From Hemiscyllium ocellatum (lineage: Eukaryota): a DNA stretch of 64,000 nt. Location of the stretch: assembly GCF_020745735.1 (NCBI RefSeq), contig NC_083430.1, positions 22,868,909-22,932,908 on the forward strand, in the 5' to 3' direction. Positions within the stretch are counted from its first letter, which is position 1; every line of letters begins with the position of its first letter. Below are positions 11,713-26,928 of this stretch, one piece after another. The notes under the pieces are model-generated. The model saw only the letters and a list, made by a program, of their open reading frames with translations. It was not told the origin of the DNA and made no database searches. The translations under genes were made by a program, and so were the position numbers.

Positions 11713-11731
11713 ACTTTCAGTTTCGTTTCCT
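11713..11731 (-). promoter_or_regulatory. ISRE, TATA at 11658-11665; candidate promoter of A1
   Basis: ACTTTCAGTTTCGTTTCCT on plus strand. Candidate donor CCAG|GTAATA at 11409/11408. Confidence 0.65.
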
Positions 11732-13421
11732 CAGAAATCCACATGATATCACTTCCAGCCCTTACTTTGTATCCAGGAGAAATTGTGTAAATATTAAAAG
11801 GTATCAGGAGGTTGGGTTGTGTTTTAAATTCTTTAACACTCAAGTTCCAATAATCCCAGTTTCAGTAAATGCCTGGCAGTTCAAATAACAGAAAGGATTA
11901 TTCAAAAACTTAGATGTACAACCATTCAATAAACAGAGAATAAACTCCACCTTGTGTGAAAGGGGTGAAGGAAATTAATTTGTGTGTGTGAGGGGGCTGG
12001 AGCTGTTTAGAACACCAGGTTCCCATTGAGTTGTGTGGAATTGGCCACTCCACATCAGTAGCTCACCAACTCAGACTGGCACAATAATAGGCAACACAGA
12101 CCACTGGGTTGACAGCAAGATTACCTGACTAGATTGTCACAAGGAGGCTGGAGCAGTAGAGTGCTGCAGAACCCCAGATGATTTAATATTACAGCGTAAT
12201 CCTGAGGTGTGAGGGAACTAAGATTTGCAATTCCTTGCACAAAGTGAAATACACTCTTACCGTACCTTAACCAACAACATTTTAAGTTGAAAATCATATT
12301 GGTGTGGCATCTTCCCATTAAAGACAGAAAATTGAATATTAAACTAAACTTGTTAATAGCCCGAAAACAATCATAAAAAACAATTTCAGGCATTGGAATC
12401 AGGAAAGGAACATTCTGCCTTAAAAAAAGACAAATCTTTATCTGGTGGCATATTGATTCAGTTCAGCACTGCTGCCTCACAGCACCTGGCACCCAAATTT
12501 GACTCCAGCCTTGGATGACTGTCTGTGTGGAGTTGGCACGTTCTCCCCGTGTCTTTGCAGAATTCCACCGCAGTCCAAAGATGTGCAGGCCAGGTGGTTT
12601 AGCTATGGGAAATGCAAGGTGATAGGGAAGGGGGCTGGGGCTGGATGGGATAGTCTTTGGAGGGTCGGTGTAGACTTGATGGTCTGAATGGCCAGCTTCC
12701 ACACTGTAAGGATTCTATAATTCTACAAATGTACGATTAAGGCTCAAAACTGAAAACTCAAATGAGGATCTCAAAGCAAGCCAGGGTTTTGAGGATTAAA
12801 GCAGTTACCATTTTTCCAAATTGTGACAAGTGTGCCTTAAATAAGTTAAAACACAAATTAGAGAAGAATTACTCTGAAAAAAAATCTACCATTGGTTAAT
12901 AATCCAGAAAAGGTCATGAATGTTTCATGAGATAAATTTTAGTGTGAAGCCGGATGCTGGCACTTTTATTCCTTCACAAGATGTGGGCATCACTATTGCC
13001 CAGAGGGCAGTTAATAATTAACCACATTGTTGTGGGCGTGTCGTCACATGTCAATCAGAAAAGGATGGCATGTTCCCTTCCCGAAAGTGAACCAAAAATC
13101 ATGATTATCATTAGGGTCTTGATTTTATAATCCCTTATTTTTGAATGGAAATTTCCCCCATCTGCCAGGGTAGATTTGAACCCAGAGCATCACCCGGGTC
13201 TAGCAATAATACCCCTAGGCCATTGGTGCAAACAATTTGAGCAAAACTGCTGCACAAGAACTTCCCATATTTGGGATGAAGAAACAGACAGAGAGAAATG
13301 TTCGATTATGCAGAGCTTTTATTGAATTTCAGCATCAGGCTTCAGTTGCCTTTTCCCTCCTCTGATTCAGAATAAAAATTATTTATTTTCCGTTGTCTTT
13401 AGGCATTTTTATTTTCGAATG

Positions 13422-15668
13422 TTAGAAAAGTGCACCAATGAAAGCACCTGCAGCTCCCAGTCCAAGTTTGGCAGCTACTGGGATTCCAGCCGCCCCTGCA
13501 AAGAACAGAAAAGCAAAGCACATCCACATGACATATCCTGAATTTATTAATCTCAACATTTCTTACAATTCTGGTCTGAATGATATTCTTGGGAAAGACA
13601 GAATGCATTGTGAAATTGTTAGATAGCTAACTTCCTTATTTGTAATCACAATAAAGCCAACCCTTACACTGCTGAGGTTAAAACATCAGTTGTATTAATA
13701 TTTATTGCAAAACTGTCACTTAGCTTTTGTAAAGTCTACTCCGAGAGAAGCATCCAAAACAATAAAATATTATTGGGTACAGTCATCAATGCTAAGACTT
13801 CATCAGTGAAGTTTTGAAGCAGAAATCCTGAGAACTATTCATTACTTATCAGCAGATTTTACCAGCAGATTGAAGGAGGGCCACCAGACTTCCAGCAGCT
13901 ACTCCTCCCCCATTGGCGATAGCTGCTGAAGACATCATACTTGCTGCAATGGAGCCTCCTGCTATTCCAGCACTGGTAAATCCCACAGCTCCCAGAATCA
14001 CCGGGGCAGCAGCAGTGGTTATAACTGAAAGATAATATTTCCCCATTTCAGTACGGCACAATGTTCAGAAATTTAATATTGATTAAAATACCAGGGAATC
14101 AAGTGGCAGTTTTTAAATTTGAGAACAACATTGATCCAACTTAATATTGCTCAAAACCTGAAATTCTAAAGTCCACTTCCTTCCCATCTGCAATTAAGGT
14201 CAATTTCCTTCACCATAAATCCATCCAGCCTTTTTGAAATATCTGGTATATTTTGCCTTTGGTTGATGTTGGTTTGTGGACCTGTTGCCGTGTGTTGATT
14301 GTTGTCCTGGTGTTCAGTCTAGGTGTGTTCTTTTGTGTTTGTTTCCACAATTTGCGTCGATGTTTTCTGTTGTTGCTCAGCATTGTTTCATTAAGTGTTG
14401 TGAGTGTCTAAGTCTGAGTTCACTGTTTACTTTGTATATTAGTGCAAGAAACCAGGGTCCCACTTTGTGATGTATCCCACATGTCGGTGAAGCAGTTCCA
14501 CACCTGCACCACTTTTATCCTCCCATGTTTGTCGAGAAATATATTATTGCAAGAAACCAGGTTCCCATTGTAGGGTGTGTTCCACATGTTGGTGAAGTAG
14601 TTCCACACCAGCACCACTTTTATCCTCCCATGTTTGTCAAGAAGTGTGTCCTGATTCTCAGAGAATTTGGAGAGATGATGAGTTCTCACTTGCTTTGTGT
14701 TAACGCATTTACTGACAGACTAATCTATTGATTCCTGCAGCTTTTGCCTGTGGATGTCAATTCCACCTGGTAAATCCCAAAATTGATAATTGAATGCAGC
14801 TGATCTTTTATCATGTTCCATATTTTTGAGGGAATGTCCTAGTTTGCTTCACACAAGTCCAAAAAACTGACTTGGTGTAAGCTCCTATTACAAACTGCTG
14901 GATATATTTTCACAGTTTGCCTAACTGGTTCTGCAACTTCTTGACCTATGTAGCATAACTGCATCCTTTGCTTAATCTTGGATCAGATAATATATGGCAT
15001 TCTATTTTATCCTGGTGGATTTGATAGCCATTCTGCTTTGCATAGAGTTCAGTACTTATTGTTCGTTTTCTATTTTGTAGATTGCACCCTCTTTTCGTGA
15101 TAGCTCTTTTGGCTCATCATTCTTCATGCAGACCACCTTTCTTGTCATTGCTAGAATTTAGACAAGGTGGATTTGAATTAGCTGTCTGCCTGCACAAACC
15201 AACCAACTGGAGATACAAAATCTAGAAATTAATCTTATTGTCTTCTGTTTTCTGAACTATGCGAACATCTGGATTGTAGTTATACTTTGCTGTTGCTCCT
15301 TTCAGCCTACAAGCTTGCAAGGCTGGTTTCTTCTTTGATTCATTTTACTTAAAAGTAAATATATCAGCTGAATACCAGGGAATAATATATTAGCTTAAAT
15401 AAATGTGGTGAGTTCACATACAGCTAAACAAATATATGTGTCGTCCAAAGTAATGTCCTGACACAGCCTGTGACTAGAGTTCCACATTGCAGACAGCATG
15501 TTGCCTTCTCAGAACAGCCACAACCATCTTCCTTGTGCTTGTTATGATTCCAGTTAGTGGAAAGATTTCCCCTTGATTTCCCTTTTACTTTCATTATTTA
15601 AAGAAAAGGATTTATATGATTGAATAGCGCTTACCTGCACCTGTTATTATAGCTCCAATTCCCAGCAT
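13422..15668 (-). CDS. IFI27L2: ISG12/IFI27-like copy A2 (89 aa); exons 15668-15635, 14024-13863, 13495-13422
   Basis: Coding exons and splice sites read identical to A1 (offset 11367). Confidence 0.93.
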
Positions 15669-18600
15669 GATTGTCTCCAGATATTCACTCTACAAACTGA
15701 ATAAAGGTTTCATGTTAAAATCTTGATCCTAAAGTTTTTATTACAGAAATAAATAATATAAACATCACATCTTCCCTCACCAGTGTCGCACACATCCACC
15801 CCAGATACACATAAATGTTATTCACTTTTATTGTGACTGTTCTTTCGTTTCAACGCACGACCATGAATTCAAGAGGTTGGTTTAATTATCTAGAAAGGAA
15901 GCCTTTTACCTTTATACAATACATTTGTAGACACCAGGCATCCCAAAGTGCTGTACAACTAATAAATGTTTCAGTGTGGGAAAGAGCAAACAGTTTGTTG
16001 CAGCAACTCCAACAAAAATCAGTACTTTTGAAAAATTCTTTCACAGAATGTGAGAATGGCTTGCCGGTCTCGTATTTATTACACTTTCCGAAACACCCTT
16101 GACAAGGTGGTGGTAAGATTATTGAATCACTGTAGTCATAGGGATGTTTTTAGTGAAGTCCCCATGCCTCAGGTGAAAATGGTAAGAGGTTGAGAAGGAG
16201 AGATCTCCATGTTGACCAGAGCCACTGAGAGAATTGATCTGTACTGTTGGCATCGCACTGAGTCACAAACTAGTCAACCAACCATCTGAGCTAAACAACC
16301 CTGAAGGTACATCTATACTGCTGTGAGGTAGGAATTCCAGAATTTTGACTCAAGAAGCAGCAGCAATAAAGTTCCAAGTCAGGATGGTTTGTGGGTTATA
16401 AGGGAACATGCAGGTGATGGTGTTCCTATGTATCTGCTGCTCTTGCCTTTCTAGGTTTGGAGGGTGTGCGTTTGTATGGTACTGTTAAAATAGCCTTGGT
16501 GAGTTGTTGAATTGGGTCTTGCCATTGATACATTGCTGACTCTGTGCATCAGTGGTGGATAGAGTGACTATATGATTCATTTGCAAGTGGGCTTCTCTGC
16601 TCTGAATGGTGTTGAGCTTCGTCAGCATTGTTGGATTTGCACTCATACATGAAAGTAGAACACACTCCATTGTTCTCCTGACATGAGCCTTGAAGGTGGG
16701 GGATCAGGCTGTGGGGAGCAAGGAAGTATATTCCGTGCCTCAGAATGCCCAGTCTCTGGCCTTTTCTTGAAGCCAGTGTATTTAATGGCAGGTCCAGTTC
16801 AGATTCAGGTCATTGCTAAGCTACCAGGATGATGTTTATGGGATTCAGGGATAGGACCCCACCAAGTCATCTCCCACCAATAGATTCACAGTCTTTGTAG
16901 AACCGCAACTGTCACTATACCAAGGCTTTTGAGATGACACTCTCTGGGTGAACTTTTATGAGAGAAACCTTTAAACAGTTTCTGGTTAGCTCTTTCACTA
17001 GCTCTGTGATGTTTATCCAATCGTTTGATGGCAAGTCAGGAATCCTTGTTGCAGGGAGTGCTCAAAGACACAATGCATCTCTGAAAAGTGATTGTTTCAT
17101 CCCATGGAGCTGGTTATACACAAGGAGCAATTTCTCCTTGTGTAAAGAAGACTTGGCTGGTAACTTGTCCCACTTCCACCTTATACGAGTCTAGGCTTGG
17201 GACTTTCAAGGCACTGACCGTGGCCCCTTTATGGTCAGTGCTGATGTATTTCACAGATTGTTTTGAGGATGAATGTGCCCTGACCTCACTTACTCTTCTT
17301 ACCTCTGCTGTCTGTTTCTGTTCCACTGTTTATCTCTCCTATTGCTGGTAAAGTGTTCCAAGATTCACATTTGTCTTGGTTTGGATTTTTATAGGTTAAT
17401 CTGTAGATATTAGGCAGGACAGCCGAGACTTGGACATTGGAATCCTTTTGTTCCTACATGAGTTCCAAGACTGCTAGTCACATGCCTCCATTACACATCC
17501 GTAGGCACTGAGAAAAGCAGTCTATGGTTGATCAGAACAGACAGACGTATCAGCAGGCAACATGGAATACTCCTCATGGCCCTTTCCCACCGGCTTACCC
17601 CACATCAGGTGTGTCCAAAGCTCCACTGGCCATTGTCATTCAGCTGCCTGTTTTTCAAAGGTTGCAAAGGAAGTTTTAGAAGTCATGATTTGGAGATAAC
17701 TTGGTGTTGTGTGGTTTTTAACATTGAAGTTTTAGAAATCCACCTCTTTGCATTTAAAGACAAACTGGGATTGCTTTAGGAAATCAAAACTTGGTGTTGA
17801 GGTGAAGATTATTTAAACTAGTTTTGGATAAAGTCGTATTCTCCTTAGCTGCTGTAATCTGTATCAGTTCTCCGTTTTTATGGGCACCGGTGGTAAAGCC
17901 TGCTTTATACTTCCTTTGGAATTTTCTTGCACCCTTTTGCCGAAAGGCATGGTGGCTCAGTGGTTAGCACTGTTGCCTCACAGCACTAGGGTCCCAAGTT
18001 CAATTCCAGCCTTGAGTGACTGTCTGTGTGGAGTTTGCACATTCTCCCCGTGTCTGCGTGGGTTTCCTCCCACAGTCCAAAGATGTACAGTTCAGGTGAT
18101 TGCCCGTAATGTTAGGTGCATTAGTCAGAGGAAAATGGAACTGGGTAGGTTACTCTTCAGAGGTTCGGTGTGGACTTGTTGGGCCGAAGGGCCTGTTTCC
18201 ACACTGTAGGGAATCTAATCTATTCTAATTTGATCTAAAAGCCTTGCCATTTCAGTGTGTGCAAAAGATGAATGGCTTCAGGCTTAAATGACATCATGAG
18301 AACCTTAGTCTGGCTAGGGTCATAGAGATGTAAAGCATGGAAACAGACCTTCGGTCCAACCTGACCAGATATCCCAACCCAATCTAGTCCCACTTGCCAG
18401 CACTTGGCCCATATCCCTCCAAACCCTTCCTGTTCATATGCCCATCCAAATGCCTCTTAAATGTTGCAATTGTACCAGCCTCCACCATTCCTCTGGCAGC
18501 TCATTTCATACACGTATCACCCTCTGCGAGAAAAAGTTGCCCCTTAGGTCTTTTTTATATCTTTCCCCTCTCACCCTAAACCTACGCCCTCTAGTTCTGG

Positions 18601-21271
18601 ACTCCCCGACCTCAGGGAAAAGACTTTGCCTATTTATCCTATCCATATTCCTCATAATTTTGTAAATCTCTATGAAGTCACCTCTCAGCCTATGACGCTC
18701 CAGAGAAAACAGCTCCAGGGAAAACAGCCACTCCCTGTAGCTCAGATCCTCCAACCCTGGCAACATCCTTGTAAATATTTTCTGAACCCTTTCAAGTTTC
18801 ACGACATCTTTCCGTTGGAAGGAGACCAGAATTGCATGCAATATTCCAACAATGGCCTAACCAATGTCCTGTACAGCCGCAACATGACCTCCCAACTCCT
18901 GTACTCAATACTCTGACCAATAAAGGAAAGCATACCAAATGCCTTCTTCACTATCCTATCTACTGTTGCAACAGAAAAACCAGGACAAAATAACCTCTTG
19001 AAAGCCACAGCATCATCACTCTGGGTTATGACATTGAATTCAACAAATAATCTGTGATGGCACAAAATATAAAAAAAATCTCGAAAGCTGTCAGATTGTT
19101 CTAAAGTTCTTCAAGAAAAAAGGATGTTACTTTTGCCTCTTCTGCTTCAGACTCGGGGGTGAATTTTGACCCTTAAATTTAGATGGAGTAGGGTTAGGTA
19201 AAATGTCAAAGTATTTAAAAACCTCAATAATTTCACAACCAAAAGCAAGCTATTCGTGCTAAACCTTTCAGAGACGCTGCTTTGGCCCCAGTTGGGATAT
19301 TGTGTTCAGTTCTGGACTGCACCCTTGAGGGAAAGTTGCCATGATCTCAGTGAGGGTGCAGAGGAGATCAGTTTGAATGGTATCTTGATGAGAGACCTCA
19401 GCTCTGTGGAGATTCTGGGATTATTCTCCATGGGGCAGAAAAGTCTAAGCGGAGATTGGATGGAGTTTATGGAAAATTAGGAATGGCTTTGATCAATGAA
19501 AGGATGATAACCAGTTTTCAGAGACAGAAAGATCAGGAATCAGAAACCACAGGGCTAAGGTGATTGACAAAGCATCAGAAGTCAGAAAATAAATGTGCAA
19601 CAGGTTTTGTAGTGAGGAATAGTAAGCAAGGAGATGTGATCCGTTTAACTCAACCTGAAGCCAAAAACTGGTGAGTGTGCAGGATGAGTCCTGGGAGGCT
19701 TTCGGAGAGAAGCTGGCACTGTGGGGGCAGGGCTGCAGGGAACGTGTTGGACTGTCAGTAGGCAGAAGTGGAGTCAGAGTCACAGCATTGAAAGGAGCAG
19801 CAGTGAGAGAGCTCGGTCATCAGTTGGGGAGGAGTAGAGAGAGATTCAAAGGAAGTGAAAGTTGGTCACTGGGATTATGAGGAGAGACGAGGATTTTTGG
19901 GAGAGAAGGACGAGGTACGGTCCATTGGCGCAGAACAGTGTGAGTCAGATCTTTACGGGAGAGGGCGGTGAGGTGAAAGACAGGTCAGTCAGGGAGAGGG
20001 CGAGAGCCGGGCTGTCAGCGGAGAGTGGGATGAGGGTGAGAAACAATCCAACTGTTGGCAATATTTTTCTTTCTAAATCACCTTATGCACTGAACAGCGT
20101 TTCACAACGTTGATCGGTTTACCTTGCTGTACTCCTCATTGGCCATTCTGTCAGCCTCCTCCATTGGCTAATCAGAAAGTTCAGGCACACTGACAGATAG
20201 ACTCTTCGTCAGAAAGGGAAACAGGTGTTATGAGGAAAAGGCAGGAAATTGGAGTTGAGGATTATCATTAGCCAAGATATCATTGAATGGCAGAGAGAAC
20301 TTGAGGGGCTGAAACACTGGCTCTGTCTTTATGCTTTATGATCTCATGGACACACTTCCCTTCAGGGATATTATTCAGCAAACCTTCCAGACCTGAAACA
20401 ATAACAGGAGGGCTGGGTGAGTGAGAGAATGGGAAGTGTGGATGGGCGAGTGTGGATGGGCGAGTGTGGATGAACCAGCCCAGGCCCCCTCAAAATATTT
20501 TCAGAAGGTGGCCCAGACCCTAACCTTTTCTTACTTTAAAGGTGGATGTGAAGTACATTCCAGATGTAATGCGCCTGGTCAAACCACTCAACATTTAACT
20601 ATAGAATTTAAATAAATTGTGTTTTGTTTAAGTACAAACAAAAGAAAGAGGAATTTGGAATACCCTAACATTGGAAAAGTTAACAGAATAGCAGAAACCC
20701 TACCTATTACTAATTAACTGTTCCAGTATAGTAACATCCCATAAACCCACTCCTTGGCAAAAGGGTAAATTCGGACACAGACATAATTGTCCTGTCCAAG
20801 AGGAAACTATATCACGAGAGATTTCAGACAATATAGTAGCAGGGAATTTTACTGAAGCTCCAACTCTTCTGGAATCCAAACAACTTTTGACAGCTACAGC
20901 TAAAAAAAACTAGAAAGCTTGACCTGGCCGCACTTCCTAGCTCCATCCATTTCCTTGGTGATCAAGGACCAAGCCAATTTCTCTCCTTAGCACTGCTTCA
21001 TAACCGAAAATGAAAAAAAAAATGGTTCTATTGGTCAGCTGTGCTGAATGTCAATTTACTGATTTAAATTATCAACTTGTTGTTTCGGAATTATTTTTCC
21101 GAATGATGATTACTGCTTTGGCAAACCTTATCTCTCTTGCAATTTGCTCACCAGTCCATGAGTGAAAATAAAATTGAGTAGTGCACACCCTCCTCCAGCA
21201 TGAGGAAAGGTTGGACAAGTCAAAGTTATCTGTTCTCCTCCTGTGCTGCTCAGTCTCTTGCTGCAGACCGG

Positions 21272-22245
21272 CTTGTTGGCTACGTAGAACAGTTGATCTT
21301 CCGTAATTACACCGGCACCACTCCCCACCTCTTCCTCCACTACATTAATGACTGCATTGACGCCAGCTCGTGCTCCCGAGAGGAGGTTGAGCAATTCATC
21401 AACTTCACCAAGACATTCCACCCTGACCTTAAATTTACCTGGACCATCTCTGACACCTCCCTCCCCTTGCTGGACCTCTCTATCTCCATGCCCCCTACTA
21501 CCCACCGTCCCAGCCTGGCACCTTCCCCTGCCACTGCAGGAACTGTTAAACTTGCGCCCATACCTCCTCCCTCACCTCTCTCCAAGGCCCTAAAGGAGCC
21601 TTCCACACCCATCAAAGTTTTACCTGTACATCTACTAATATCATTTATTGTATCCGTTGCTACCAATGCGGTCTCCTCTACATGGGGGAGACTGGGCACC
21701 TCCTAGCAGAGCGCTTTAGGGAACATCTCCGGGACACCCGCACCAATCAACCACACTGCACCGTGGCCTAACATTTCAACTCCCCCTCCCACTCTGCCGA
21801 GGACGTGGAGGTCCTGGGCCTCCTTCACTGCCGCTCCCGCACCACCAGACGCCTGGAGGAAGAACGCCTCATCTTCCGCCTCGGAACACTTCAACCCCAG
21901 GGCATCAATGTGGACTTCAACAGTTTCCTCATTTCCCCTTCCCCCGTCTCACCCTAGTTCCAAACTTCCAGCTCAGCACTGTCCCCATAACTTGTCCTAG
22001 CTGTCTATCTTCTTTTCCACCTATCCACTCCACCCTCTCCTCCCTGACCTATCACCTTCATCCCCTCCCCCACTCACCCATTGTACTCTATGCTACTTTC
22101 TCCTCACCCCCACCCTCCTCTCACTCATCTCTCCACGCTCACTTCCTTTATTCCTGATGAGGGGCTTTTGCCCGAAACATCGATTTCGCTGCTCCTTGGA
22201 TGCTGCCTGAACTGCTGTACTCTTCCAGCACCACTAATCCAGAAT
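21272..22245 (+). mobile_element. Penelope-like element, unit 2 copy
   Basis: As unit 1; 7-bp deletion just upstream of the hammerhead motif. Confidence 0.9.
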
Positions 22246-22972
22246 TTCAGACTGGAGTGGCTATGTTGCCTTGCACATGTGCTTAATATCAAATCTTTGT
22301 TCACTTGAACATAGCAGACTTGACAGTAATGTTGTCATCACAACAGAAACACAGCTATAAGTGCTACTCCGTATCACTCAGGAAAGCAAAAAGCCATTAG
22401 CTTCAACTTCATGCGGGTAAGAGCAAATTACTATAGATACTGGAATCTATACTGAAAGCAACAAAAGCTGGTGATCATCGCGGGTCAGGCAACTTCATTG
22501 GGTCAGAGTCCAATCAAAAAAAATGCCATACGCAATGCATTGATGGGTTATGAATATATTGGTGTAATCCTGCAATTATTTTAACTACAGAAAAATAATG
22601 TTTCTAAAAATACATACTGTAGAAGACCTAAAGTGCCTGAAATCACGAGTAGATTTGTTAGTTATTACCTGGATAGATCCTGGAATTACCGAAAGACAAA
22701 CCCAAGCTGGACTAAGGAGGAGTAGCTGTGCAGTGGCTGAATCACAGAATATATAGCAAATTAGAGGATTCTGCTGGGTCCTAATGCTCAGTGAGTTTTA
22801 CCAATTCAATTTTTAAACCTGTTTCATTCTTCATGGATAATAAGTAGATCCCAGCATTTTACAGTTGCAGTTTAACGGAGGAGCCAAGGGGGGTGACTTA
22901 TTTATTTCACTGTCTAATTTTTATACCAAATTTCAATGAAAGCTGGATTTGAGAAATCGAATCTATGACATT

Positions 22973-22991
22973 ACTTTCAGTTTCGTTTCCT
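22973..22991 (-). promoter_or_regulatory. ISRE; candidate promoter of A2
   Basis: Identical motif in unit 3. Confidence 0.65.
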
Positions 22992-24681
22992 CAGAAATCC
23001 ACATGATATCACTTCCAGCCCTTACTTTGTATCCAGGAGAAATTGTGTAAATATTAAAAGGTATCAGGAGGTTGGGTTGTGTTTTAAATTCTTTAACACT
23101 CAAGTTCCAATAATCCCAGTTTCAGTAAATGCCTGGCAGTTCAAATAACAGAAAGGATTATTCAAAAACTTAGATGTACAACCATTCAATAAACAGAGAA
23201 TAAACTCCACCTTGTGTGAAAGGGGTGAAGGAAATTAATTTGTGTGTGTGAGGGGGCTGGAGCTGTTTAGAACACCAGGTTCCCATTGAGTTGTGTGGAA
23301 TTGGCCACTCCACATCAGTAGCTCACCAACTCAGACTGGCACAATAATAGGCAACACAGACCACTGGGTTGACAGCAAGATTACCTGACTAGATTGTCAC
23401 AAGGAGGCTGGAGCAGTAGAGTGCTGCAGAACCCCAGATGATTTAATATTACAGCGTAATCCTGAGGTGTGAGGGAACTAAGATTTGCAATTCCTTGCAC
23501 AAAGTGAAATACACTCTTACCGTACCTTAACCAACAACATTTTAAGTTGAAAATCATATTGGTGTGGCATCTTCCCATTAAAGACAGAAAATTGAATATT
23601 AAACTAAACTTGTTAATAGCCCGAAAACAATCATAAAAAACAATTTCAGGCATTGGAATCAGGAAAGGAACATTCTGCCTTAAAAAAAGACAAATCTTTA
23701 TCTGGTGGCATATTGATTCAGTTCAGCACTGCTGCCTCACAGCACCTGGCACCCAAATTTGACTCCAGCCTTGGATGACTGTCTGTGTGGAGTTGGCACG
23801 TTCTCCCCGTGTCTTTGCAGAATTCCACCGCAGTCCAAAGATGTGCAGGCCAGGTGGTTTAGCTATGGGAAATGCAAGGTGATAGGGAAGGGGGCTGGGG
23901 CTGGATGGGATAGTCTTTGGAGGGTCGGTGTAGACTTGATGGTCTGAATGGCCAGCTTCCACACTGTAAGGATTCTATAATTCTACAAATGTACGATTAA
24001 GGCTCAAAACTGAAAACTCAAATGAGGATCTCAAAGCAAGCCAGGGTTTTGAGGATTAAAGCAGTTACCATTTTTCCAAATTGTGACAAGTGTGCCTTAA
24101 ATAAGTTAAAACACAAATTAGAGAAGAATTACTCTGAAAAAAAATCTACCATTGGTTAATAATCCAGAAAAGGTCATGAATGTTTCATGAGATAAATTTT
24201 AGTGTGAAGCCGGATGCTGGCACTTTTATTCCTTCACAAGATGTGGGCATCACTATTGCCCAGAGGGCAGTTAATAATTAACCACATTGTTGTGGGCGTG
24301 TCGTCACATGTCAATCAGAAAAGGATGGCATGTTCCCTTCCCGAAAGTGAACCAAAAATCATGATTATCATTAGGGTCTTGATTTTATAATCCCTTATTT
24401 TTGAATGGAAATTTCCCCCATCTGCCAGGGTAGATTTGAACCCAGAGCATCACCCGGGTCTAGCAATAATACCCCTAGGCCATTGGTGCAAACAATTTGA
24501 GCAAAACTGCTGCACAAGAACTTCCCATATTTGGGATGAAGAAACAGACAGAGAGAAATGTTCGATTATGCAGAGCTTTTATTGAATTTCAGCATCAGGC
24601 TTCAGTTGCCTTTTCCCTCCTCTGATTCAGAATAAAAATTATTTATTTTCCGTTGTCTTTAGGCATTTTTATTTTCGAATG

Positions 24682-26928
24682 TTAGAAAAGTGCACCAATG
24701 AAAGCACCTGCAGCTCCCAGTCCAAGTTTGGCAGCTACTGGGATTCCAGCCGCCCCTGCAAAGAACAGAAAAGCAAAGCACATCCACATGACATATCCTG
24801 AATTTATTAATCTCAACATTTCTTACAATTCTGGTCTGAATGATATTCTTGGGAAAGACAGAATGCATTGTGAAATTGTTAGATAGCTAACTTCCTTATT
24901 TGTAATCACAATAAAGCCAACCCTTACACTGCTGAGGTTAAAACATCAGTTGTATTAATATTTATTGCAAAACTGTCACTTAGCTTTTGTAAAGTCTACT
25001 CCGAGAGAAGCATCCAAAACAATAAAATATTATTGGGTACAGTCATCAATGCTAAGACTTCATCAGTGAAGTTTTGAAGCAGAAATCCTGAGAACTATTC
25101 ATTACTTATCAGCAGATTTTACCAGCAGATTGAAGGAGGGCCACCAGACTTCCAGCAGCTACTCCTCCCCCATTGGCGATAGCTGCTGAAGACATCATAC
25201 TTGCTGCAATGGAGCCTCCTGCTATTCCAGCACTGGTAAATCCCACAGCTCCCAGAATCACCGGGGCAGCAGCAGTGGTTATAACTGAAAGATAATATTT
25301 CCCCATTTCAGTACGGCACAATGTTCAGAAATTTAATATTGATTAAAATACCAGGGAATCAAGTGGCAGTTTTTAAATTTGAGAACAACATTGATCCAAC
25401 TTAATATTGCTCAAAACCTGAAATTCTAAAGTCCACTTCCTTCCCATCTGCAATTAAGGTCAATTTCCTTCACCATAAATCCATCCAGCCTTTTTGAAAT
25501 ATCTGGTATATTTTGCCTTTGGTTGATGTTGGTTTGTGGACCTGTTGCCGTGTGTTGATTGTTGTCCTGGTGTTCAGTCTAGGTGTGTTCTTTTGTGTTT
25601 GTTTCCACAATTTGCGTCGATGTTTTCTGTTGTTGCTCAGCATTGTTTCATTAAGTGTTGTGAGTGTCTAAGTCTGAGTTCACTGTTTACTTTGTATATT
25701 AGTGCAAGAAACCAGGGTCCCACTTTGTGATGTATCCCACATGTCGGTGAAGCAGTTCCACACCTGCACCACTTTTATCCTCCCATGTTTGTCGAGAAAT
25801 ATATTATTGCAAGAAACCAGGTTCCCATTGTAGGGTGTGTTCCACATGTTGGTGAAGTAGTTCCACACCAGCACCACTTTTATCCTCCCATGTTTGTCAA
25901 GAAGTGTGTCCTGATTCTCAGAGAATTTGGAGAGATGATGAGTTCTCACTTGCTTTGTGTTAACGCATTTACTGACAGACTAATCTATTGATTCCTGCAG
26001 CTTTTGCCTGTGGATGTCAATTCCACCTGGTAAATCCCAAAATTGATAATTGAATGCAGCTGATCTTTTATCATGTTCCATATTTTTGAGGGAATGTCCT
26101 AGTTTGCTTCACACAAGTCCAAAAAACTGACTTGGTGTAAGCTCCTATTACAAACTGCTGGATATATTTTCACAGTTTGCCTAACTGGTTCTGCAACTTC
26201 TTGACCTATGTAGCATAACTGCATCCTTTGCTTAATCTTGGATCAGATAATATATGGCATTCTATTTTATCCTGGTGGATTTGATAGCCATTCTGCTTTG
26301 CATAGAGTTCAGTACTTATTGTTCGTTTTCTATTTTGTAGATTGCACCCTCTTTTCGTGATAGCTCTTTTGGCTCATCATTCTTCATGCAGACCACCTTT
26401 CTTGTCATTGCTAGAATTTAGACAAGGTGGATTTGAATTAGCTGTCTGCCTGCACAAACCAACCAACTGGAGATACAAAATCTAGAAATTAATCTTATTG
26501 TCTTCTGTTTTCTGAACTATGCGAACATCTGGATTGTAGTTATACTTTGCTGTTGCTCCTTTCAGCCTACAAGCTTGCAAGGCTGGTTTCTTCTTTGATT
26601 CATTTTACTTAAAAGTAAATATATCAGCTGAATACCAGGGAATAATATATTAGCTTAAATAAATGTGGTGAGTTCACATACAGCTAAACAAATATATGTG
26701 TCGTCCAAAGTAATGTCCTGACACAGCCTGTGACTAGAGTTCCACATTGCAGACAGCATGTTGCCTTCTCAGAACAGCCACAACCATCTTCCTTGTGCTT
26801 GTTATGATTCCAGTTAGTGGAAAGATTTCCCCTTGATTTCCCTTTTACTTTCATTATTTAAAGAAAAGGATTTATATGATTGAATAGCGCTTACCTGCAC
26901 CTGTTATTATAGCTCCAATTCCCAGCAT
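24682..26928 (-). CDS. IFI27L2: ISG12/IFI27-like copy A3 (89 aa); exons 26928-26895, 25284-25123, 24755-24682
   Basis: Coding exons and splice sites read identical to A1 (offset 22627). Confidence 0.93.
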
